DNA of 43,981 bases, filler included, from Sphacelaria rigidula (taxonomy: Eukaryota): NCBI GenBank assembly GCA_964200075.2. It is 2 parts of 2 records of this genome, joined end to end, with 100 filler letters (N's around TTAATTAATTAA, not from the genome) between each part and the next. Parts side by side here need not be neighbours in the genome. Positions count along the whole stretch, not along the records: positions 1 to 21,943 come from CAXNAA020000373.1; 1 more part is not named here. One strand, given 5' to 3'. Position numbers and translations under genes: made by a program. Of this stretch, positions 1 through 9,195 are shown piece after piece (position 1 is the stretch's first letter; each line of letters opens with the position of its first letter). The notes under the pieces were generated by a model. It ran no database searches, was not told the DNA's origin, and was given only the letters and a program-made list of their open reading frames with translations.

Positions 1-52
1 TTCTTCATCTTTCCAAGAAGAACGCGTTGCACACTGCTGTTTGTTTCATCCG

Positions 53-396
53 TCCGTGCACATCATCAACCACTCACGACACAACATACCCATGACTCAT
101 GGTGGACCACTCCCACACGGACACGGGCTAGGAAGTCTGTAAGCTGTAGGGTGTCCCACCATGAGCGACGAGCCCGGTGTGATCACAGGTCCTTCCTCCT
201 TCCACACCTTCTCACGACAAGCTACTCGTATTTCATCCGTGCACATCATCAACCACTCACGACACAACATACCAATGACTCATGGTTGACCACTCCCACA
301 CGGACACGGGCTAGGAAGTCTGTAAGCTGTAGGGTGTCCCACCATGAGCGACGAGCCCGGTGTGATCACAGGTCCTTTCTCCTTCCACACCTTCTC
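53..396. repeat. Two-copy tandem duplication, 183-bp period
   Basis: gcacatcatcaaccactcacgacac starts at 58 and 241. gtgtcccaccatgagcgacgagcccgg starts at 151 and 334. The copies are nearly identical. Confidence 0.95.
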
Positions 397-469
397 GCCT
401 GAGCAAGGTGCGCCGTCAATTGTGATATCGCGAGGAAGGCAAGCCTTCATAATAATCCAATGTATCTAT

Positions 470-2621
470 CTGTGTTTATCTCTCACAAGGGGAAAGAACA
501 CTTCCCTCATCCCGCCAGTCCCCCACGCTGGCAAAGACAACAAGTTCGTTCACTTAGAGGAACAGCGCACCGCCTGAGCAAGGTGCGCCGTCAATGTACT
601 ACTCACTCTTGATTGGTCGTCCAGACAGTCTCCACCCTCCTTTGAGGTGTCTGTACCGTCCTCTCATGTCCCCCGCTCGAGTATACTCCTTCAACTCTCT
701 GTATACACGTCCATATATTTGTCCACCCCAACTTAGATCACCTCTTTCACCTTTTGGCATGCTGCTCGCAATGTGCGTGATGTCGGTTTATCTCGTGATG
801 GTCCCAGTCGCACCGTTGATCTCGCCCTTTCCCTTTCACTCCAAGCCTGTTCGAACTCCGTTCGGATGCCAGCACCCTCGAACCACCCCGGTATACGTGG
901 CTTTCGGGTCAGACGGGGTACCATCTTTTCAGCGGTACTCACGAGTGCATTGACAAAGTTTGTAGCCATTGAGCTAACTGTATCGCAAGTATACTCTGTT
1001 TGAGCTCGCTGATGATGAGCTGGGTGAGCTCCTTACGTTTGTCGGGATCAGATATTATACCCGTTTGTCGATCGGTGTACGCCCCCATTGGGATTCGTCG
1101 AGGTCTGTTTGTGTGCGAAGCGACCAAGGAGCCGCACTAAGGCGCACACAATGTTGTGGTCAGAGTCAGGTGGGTTGGGGGGTTGAAGATGGACGGTGAC
1201 ACTGCGAACAAACCTGCAGTGAACTTGCCGTGTGAGGATGCAGGTGATGCCTTTCTTGTCCGCGGGGCGATTCGCGTTGAACGTACGCGAGGTCTTTCCC
1301 TTGGGAGTGGAAATGAACGTGTTGACCAGGTCAAGCCTGTTGTCGCCTGCAAATTGTATTTGAGAGGTGCCGTTACTGTCGTTGGATCGGGAGTCCCGGC
1401 AGTATGCTCCCACAATTTTACGTTCCTCCTCGCCTCTTCGTACTCCAGTCCTTGCGTTAGCGCCTATAAAATAAATAGGTGATGGTTGTGGGGGATACGG
1501 TTCACAATGCTGTCTAACTCAGTCCAGAACACATCTCTCTCTTCTCTTGACTGTGGAGTGTCTGTAGGGGCATATGCAACTATAAACGTTACAGCATACT
1601 TCGTATAATTTACCCGCGTGGTTGAAAGTCATTGACATGAGGCGCTCGCTGATGATTGCCTGAGTCCACGTCGCCTTGCTGATGATCGAGTCCTTGACCG
1701 CCAACCCAACCCCATGTTGTCCAGCCCTTCCCTTGCCCCCCTCCACCCCGCAACAGAAGACACGATATCCCGCCGCATGAAATTCGGTTTGACCTGGCCT
1801 CCTCGTTTCCTGTAGTCCGATGACGTCACATCCGACTGCCTGATATTTTGCAGGACAACCTCCGCATGGCCAACTCCGTTCTTTCCCGTGAGGGACAGTG
1901 TACGGACGTTATACGTCGCCACTGTGAGTTCCCCAGTACGCGACCTACCTCTACCAGAACGCGACCTAGCTCTAGCCTCCTCTATATTCACACGTCTTTT
2001 CTCTTTGCTCAGCTCTGCTTCTTGGTCTGTTTCGCCTCCTAATTTTACGGGAGAGCTTTTTCCTGCTCCGATTTTTCTTTGTCACGTCTATCATGATGCT
2101 TGAGGTGCTTGTTGGTCTCGCGGGGAGGGTGCAGCCTTCCCATCCCGCGTTGGCCGCTGTCTCCAGTCCGCCGAATCTGGTGCTTACTCACATGTCCCTC
2201 ATCTCCATTAACGTGCTTTCCGTGACAGTGTCTCAACGCCGGGTAAAAAACGGCAGCTGCGGGGTTCAATTTGGTTCCCGGTCTAGGGTAGAACTCCGAA
2301 GCTGTAGGATTGAGCCTGGACGTCAGCACTGTCTGCATGACCCACTACCTAGACTATGTGTTGCGTCACCACTGACACGAAACATAGGCAAGCCAGTAGG
2401 TCAACTTACCCTTTCTGACTTATTAGTTGTGTTGTCGATGGGTTAGCCTACCCCGACACAACCAAACCCAGTCGGATGGCGGTCGGGGGGAGGAAAGTCT
2501 CCTTAGTGCTCTACAAAAACACACTTCAGACAGTGTGAAACTATGCTGACAACACAAGAGGGGTCAGGCAGGCGGCAAAGACCACGAGAAGAGAGAACAG
2601 TACGTTCGTTGTGTCTATGCC
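470..2621 (-). mobile_element. RTE-clade non-LTR retrotransposon, frameshifted, retains AP endonuclease and linker but lacks RT
   Basis: Minus-strand frames give the APE motifs in order across about 1930-1140: VATYNVRTL, DVIGLQETR, HGVGLAV, ISERLM, VAYAPT, NTF, DSDHNIV. A linker follows (KPRIPGW). No RT motifs are seen before about 595. ATCTAT flanks the element at 464-469 and 2622-2627. Confidence 0.88.
2497..2621 (-). ncRNA. Candidate HDV/CPEB3-like self-cleaving ribozyme at the RTE 5' end (imperfect copy)
   Basis: Elements appear in the correct order: P1 GGCAUAG/CUUUGCC, L3 UUCUCGU, J1/4 GC, branched P4 closed by CUGC/GUAG, J4/2 C-U-A-A, then GGAGAC. P1 and P3 each carry one mismatch and P2 is weak. 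Confidence 0.4.
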
Positions 2622-2934
2622 ATCTATGGTTGAATTGTCAGGACCAAAATGAAAATGCGGCTAGACAGCGAGGTAGACCATCTGTAGTTCACCAGTAGGG
2701 GGGAAACGTGACCATTTTGATAGTCGGGATTGGTCAGAGTGGTCACTCCGTTCCTCTCGGGCCTCGTTCCTGGCTCTTGATTTTCCACGGGAATGTTCCA
2801 AAAACACATGGTTGACTTGGTAAGCATTTCGGCTGTTCTGCAAATAGGCCGCCGCCCCCCTGTCGAACCCCCCCACCCCCCCCCCCCGGCGGCCGGACAC
2901 GAACACGAGCCCACAGGCGACGAAGGGAACGAAC

Positions 2935-3300
2935 CCAGCAGTCATGTAGTGGAAGGATGTGAACTATACAAGGAGGAACAGGACTTGCTAAAGGGGGGAA
3001 ATACGGGACGTGAACGAAGGTGACATGAAATCGTTTGATGCATTAGACAGAGGGGAGAAAACGATGGCTATACCAGGAGATGGATGGTGGCCACAGACGG
3101 CGAAACAGGACGGGAATGAGATATGAAAAATATTTTTGTGTAATGTATGGAAGAAACGTAATGAACGCCGGGATGTTGAAGGTGGCTCTTTTAGGAGTAG
3201 GAGCGGTGCTCCGTCTCGAAGCTCCGTCTCGAAAGGGGTGCGTGGTCAATGGTCAAACGACTAAGGCAAGCAACAAATGAGTACGCCCCCCCCTCGCCCC
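2935..3300 (+). mobile_element. 3' fragment of a second LINE family (C-terminal Cys/His region and 3' UTR)
   Basis: Encodes SHVVEGCELYKEEQDLL. Aligns by eye to 43570-43981 (aaaacgatggct, gtatggaagaaacg, ctccgtctcgaaaggg, ggtcaatggtcaaa, gactaaggcaag). Confidence 0.8.
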
Positions 3301-3597
3301 ATGGCAACCCCCGGATGTCTGTGGACTGTCGGTCAGAGAACCTGTTCCGAAGCGACGCTCGCGGTCCAAGGTAGAAGGCGAGAGTAGTCTATCTGGATCA
3401 TGCATTATTTTTCGAGTGGAATTGATGCCGATTCAATAGACGTCCTTTTCTCGTCGTCTAAGAGTCGATAACACCCCCTACTGATGCCTTTGTGCTACCC
3501 TTGTGCTGGAAATATGAAACGAACCGTTTTGCTGGGCTCGATATCAATGTAACCCTTACAAGATTTGCGATTTTTTTGCCGCTTGCTCTTATGCCAG

Positions 3598-3674
3598 GTG
3601 TGGTTGAACATTCCCGTGGATAAGATGGAGGCTATCAAGGAGGTCGTCGGTATGCTTCACAACGCCAGTTTACT
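3598..3674 (+). CDS. GGPS1: GGPPS exon ([25 protein letters not shown])
   Basis: ccag acceptor, gtaagg donor, ends in phase 2. Confidence 0.93.
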
Positions 3675-6600
3675 GTAAGGGCAAATTGCACACACACCAA
3701 GTTGAAGCACGCAGTGCTCCGGAGTTTCTCCCAGAAATGTAACACGTGTTGACAAGCTCGCCAACACTCGACGTGGCTCGCAGTCTTGTATAGTGGTACG
3801 TGTAACCCGGACCGTTTCACCTCCTGGCGACATGCAACCGAAACCGTGCGCCGTAGAGCAAGGCATTGTCCACCAACTCGACTAAACAGAGATCGTAAAG
3901 CGCAACTCTTGTCACATCAGTACCAGGATATATACCATGCAACGTCGTTCAGGTGGGATTTCAAGTTTATCGTACGGTGGCTAAAGCAAATCACTGGAAG
4001 GCGTTTGGTGTGGATCGTACGGTCACACCCGTATCCTGCTCTGTGATTCCGCTACTTGAGACTCGTCAGTTGCCGATTGACACGTCGCAGGTTGTATTTG
4101 GTAGCAGTTTGATCGCAAATCATCTGATGATTTTCACTGTAGGACAAGTCGTGTGTAAACTTCGGATAATATCCCATCGCAATAATGCAAGAGCAGACAA
4201 CCGCACTGTCGGGGATCATTTTGTCGTCGGCGTTCGCGTGATGCTGCCGCGTAGGGTGGACGATATCGAAGACAACTCAAAGCTGCGAAGAGGGGTACCT
4301 GTTGCGCACTCCATTTATGGCGTGCCATCCACGATCAACACGGCCAACTACGTGTACTTCCAGGTGGGGACAAGAAACACGAGGTTGCGTGCCTATTCTG
4401 TAGATACATGGACAGCGGAGTCATATTCCTTCCGTGAGAGACAAGGTGTCTGACTTCCACCCTGTAGTTATGGTTTTGATCAAGAGTGACCCGGGTGGGG
4501 GGCGGGACCACGAGCCCAGCCACCCCCCAACTGACCGTTCCACGTCAGCTAGCAGTGACATGTCAGTAACAAGACATAGATAGCGTGGCACATGGTCAGG
4601 GAATCAGGTGAGTTTACATGCGGTGGAACACGAGGGGACTTATTACCAGCACCAACCCCCAGCTTGGTGAAATGGGCTGTGGTTCAAGCTACTGCAAGAA
4701 ACTCAATACCGACATTATCCAGTTCCACATACAGTATCACGAAGGCTGTACAGGCTGGTTCATGGTGAACGCCTAGAATTCATTCCACCGTGTTTTCTCA
4801 CGCGGTTTATTGGAGTTGGTTAGACCCTGAAATTATGAGATGTCAAATATATTTCAATATATGTTTTTTTTTCTTCATTTCGCCAGATATCCGGGGTCCC
4901 GGGGGTCGCATGGTCTCATATGGTCTCGTGAGACCCCGGTTATCTGGCGACAGAAATAAATATTAAACCCTATCCATGTAAAGTTTTCAATATCGCATAG
5001 TACAATTGCGCGAAATATCACGGCCATATCCCAAAAAACCGCGAGAAAAATCGCGTTCATGTGAAGTCAAGGGTAAAATAATCTGCTGAACCTCCTAGTT
5101 ATGTAATTCGAGTACCAAACCGACTCTTTTATTGCTCGAGCTTGCACCGGCCGTCTGGAATCACTTTTCGAGTCACGTAACGGAACTTTGTACAAGCAAT
5201 CCTTGGACTACCCCAGACGCGTACAATTTTGTTCTGTTTCAAGGCATTCTGTACCCGCTGTGGGGGGCCTTCACGCCTGGACCCCCGAAGCCGGTAGAGA
5301 GCGGGTAAGCTTTGAAATATTCTTCGACGGTACTTCACTCATTTGGAGCCCACATCTACCAAAATACGAAGTTTGAGGATGATCGGACTTTTCTACGACA
5401 GGCATGAGGGAAACCGTCACGAGGCTTTCTGGGTCTTGATGCATTTTTCCAGGGGAAATCCGACGACGCCAAATCCCACATCATCGAAATAACTTGATCA
5501 TACCGACCGTTTTAAAATATGTTTTTTGCTTGAGGTTTCCTAGCTGGTGGCGGTTACTAAGGTTTGATCCATGATGAGATAGAGTGAAAATTGCACACCC
5601 TGTACAACGATGACTAACAACTGACTAAGTTAGTTGTTTGTCGACAAACTACCGGCTAGTTGTTTGGAAACAACTACTGTAGTTGCGCACGATTCTGAAC
5701 AGTTGATTGTTTGATAACTAGTTGCACACGATTCTGAACAGTAAGTTGTTTGAAAACAACTAATTGCACACGATTCTGAACAGTTGTTTGAGAAGCAACT
5801 ATCAACTATTGTAGATGTACAGGGTGCGAAAAATTGTGTCGGGGATGCACATTTTTTATTTTTGAATAATTTGAAGGCTCTTAATTGGCTAAGAGACATG
5901 TTCACTACAAGTGCCATAAATATAGCAGAGGACGCAGGGAAAATTCTTGCTATGCCAAACTGTTTGCTTGCACGTGGGGGTCACTATGATACCAAATCGG
6001 GTCAGTTTTGCGTTCTGTACCCAGTGGGGATTAGTTTCTGGGCATTCACGCTGAACCACCCTGTACGCATCAAACGGACCCACTTGATGAACCATACACT
6101 ACCTACAGTAGTGCCTTCATTGCATTTCGTATGAAACGACCAACATAATGCAACTAACGTCGAAAACTTTTCTCGCGTTTCATGATACGAGGATCAATAG
6201 GCGAGTGTGGCGGCAAGCTGAAACCGAGTGATTGACCATTTTTTGCACATTTTATGGTGTTTATACCAGATGATCGAAAACAAGGTGTCATATATGTGCA
6301 AAATCAACGGTACCGTTGTGTGTGTAGCTGACAATGTTGCCAACACCACGTACCCACTTTTTATTCGGACTACGAGTAGCATGACTGCGCTGTAAAATCG
6401 AGGTTGATGGGGTGACATTTACCCTCATTTTCGTGAGGCAACTTGGTAGGTCGGATCCGTACGGGGGACAACACGCATGAAGGAGTTGATAGCTCCACAA
6501 CCAAGAGGCAGTGCCGAGATCAGCTTCGACGGAATGGCTCCATCCCTAATTCGGTCGACACTGCGAATCATGCCTCGTTATCACGATGTTTCGAGCTCTG

Positions 6601-9146
6601 AACCCAATAAAAACGCTTTCATGCTGTGTCGTAACCTATTGAGATTCATATCGTTTGTCGGGTGCGAAGGGGAAGCGGGAACAACACACATCTGTTGTGG
6701 ATATGGTATGCTCGGGAAGCATGCGATAGTCGCAAAAATATCCAGCCCTCGTGCAACAACCCCAAGGCTGGCCCTTACTTAGCTGCCAACGTCACGCCTG
6801 CTTTGACGGCTCTCTGTCGAGTATGTTAGAAGTTGCGACAGCGCGCCTATGCTGCTGGGATAGCGCAAATTGCTGCCTTCTTACCGACCACTGACTGCTG
6901 CGCGAGAAAAAAATTACTGAAAATTAGTGTAGACGACTGTAGCAAAAATGACAACTATTAATATTACTGAGTATAGACGCCACTCGTCACAGACAACACC
7001 TCTGAGCTGCTGACGTGATCGAAAAACGGTGTTAGCCAATCTTTCAAGTCCCAATGGAGCGCCTAACAGGGGTGCACCACGAGCAGTAACAACGACACGA
7101 ACCAGCAGTCTATTGGGGTGTTGTAGCGCTCGTCACGAACGACGACAAAGAGTGTGCTGTTTGGGCAGTTATGTTGTACACTGTGTTTGACTGATGGGCA
7201 GGGTGGGATCGGTCTGTGCAGTACAAATATCATCTCGAGGGTACGTTGATCCACATTGGGGTCGTACGCCGAACTTTTGAGCGCAAATACTCGGCAGAAA
7301 ATGTCCCATATCGCCCACGTCCCACGTCTCGCTTGTTGGTCAAAAGAAGGGTGCTGCACCGTGTGGCGTTGCATATGGTTTGGACCAAGTGGCCGTGTGC
7401 AGGTCTGTCATCGTCGATTTCCTGTGAGGAAAAAACGGCAGGAGCATAACCTAACTTATACTTTTTTCGGCACAAAAAAACGACTTATTTGATGAAATTA
7501 CAGCAAAGGTGCTAGGCCCCCGTTTCCAATGGCAACTTGAAGAGGGTAGCCGACAGATTACTGTAATATATATATATATATATATACATATATATTGCAC
7601 CGTGCGGTGGGTATGCAGTGATCAGTCAGGAACGACAACTAAGACAAGAGAAAGATTTCACGACATTTACAGGAACGAAACTAATCTTAGCCATGTCGCC
7701 AATATAAGTGCCTATTTCAAGGTTCTATGAGTTTCCACCCTGTACGGGCTGGGCCGGCCTAGAGGCGGAATTGTAGTCCGCAGGCCTATTCGTCGGCCAA
7801 TATTCATAGCTGGACCCTAAAATTTGGTGTGGACAATGAAAAGGGCACAGTGGAGAAAATTATGTGTGGACTCAAGTTTTCTTTTTTCCATAAGTTGACG
7901 GCGTTTTACTGGTACCTGAAAACCGATGAATGCCTTTTACGCATGGAAAAAAAATTGGGTCCATGCGTTTTTTTAATCATTATGCCCTATTCATTGTCCA
8001 TATCAAGTTTTAGGGTCAAACTCTAAATATCGGCCGGCGAATGGGCAGTTTAGCAACCGGGTCGGTAGGAATTCAAAACAGTATTTTGCAGGCCACTTAC
8101 CGGCCCACGTTTGGTGTTTGTGTATTGAATTCTTGTGTGGGATCTCGCTGGGGCATAATGAACCAAAGAAGTGGGTCTGTGTTTTTTTTGTTTTACTTTT
8201 ATTCAGCATGCCTCTGTGGTTCTCCACGCCAAGTTTCAAGTCACAGTTCTAAAAAATGAGCTAAAGAATTGAGATAAGGCCCAAGAGCGATGTTCGTTTC
8301 CCCTCGAAACTCCCTAAAATATATATATATATATATATATATGAAAGAAGCTGTTTTATTTTATTTTATTATGCACTAGAGGTTCTTCATCATACGATAT
8401 CCTAGAGTTGTTAACTGGTTTGGCTCACCAGTTCACTGGTTGCAAAAAATTACAACTAGTTACAGTTATCAGTTGAAACTGGATAACAGGCGGCGAAGCC
8501 ACCCCGCGACTCCACCAGCGTTGCTTGGCAAGGCAACGCGGCGGAGTCGCGTAAACGGCTGGTTAATGTCGTTTTTGTCGACTCTTCCTCATGCTCCGGT
8601 ATCATATTTGACCAGCCACCACTGAACCCTTATCGCTTGGTGCCGACGTAAAGCAAAGCACACACAACAATGCTACGAAACGCAGTCTTGCTTAACATTC
8701 AAGATCCGTTCAATTAACAACTGTCCGTGCCCAATCCCTTTTATTTTTGAGAATATACTTGTATTGTCTGCGATATTCGTGTCTACGTCTAGGTGTGTGC
8801 GCTATGCGGTCATGTACTCGCCACTGTGACAGTTTCCCCACGGTCATTGTAGGAAAGTACTTCGGAAATATTGACTTGAGTATGACACATAAGTACACAT
8901 TACACTTTGGAGTATGACACATGTGTCGGGTGAAATAACTGGTTCAACTGGTTACGAAACCGATCACTTAACCAGTTGTACCAGTTAACTGTAACTGGCC
9001 AGTTAAAGTGGCAGCCAGTTCACAACTCTAATAAACGGTGAATCTCAGTGTAGATGAATTGAAGATTGTTGGCTAGGTTGACTCGTATATCCATGCTGCA
9101 AAACAGGATGAATACGCTGGCCATTTTCCCAGGAATGCCTTCTGTC

Positions 9147-9195
<49 letters not shown>

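Noticed and set aside
40-260. Hammerhead ribozyme in the 183-bp tandem repeat (minus strand ttgatga...gaaa)
   Set aside because: The core begins UUGAUGA rather than CUGAUGA and no stem II can form.
3953-4453. 166-aa ORF as a stand-alone gene or Pif1/Helitron fragment (VGVRVML)
   Set aside because: Only 4255-4363 is coding (GGPPS FARM exon with proper splice sites); the rest is open intron.
5630-5805. CRISPR-like repeat-spacer array
   Set aside because: The intervening segments resemble each other, no cas genes are present and the context is a eukaryotic intron.
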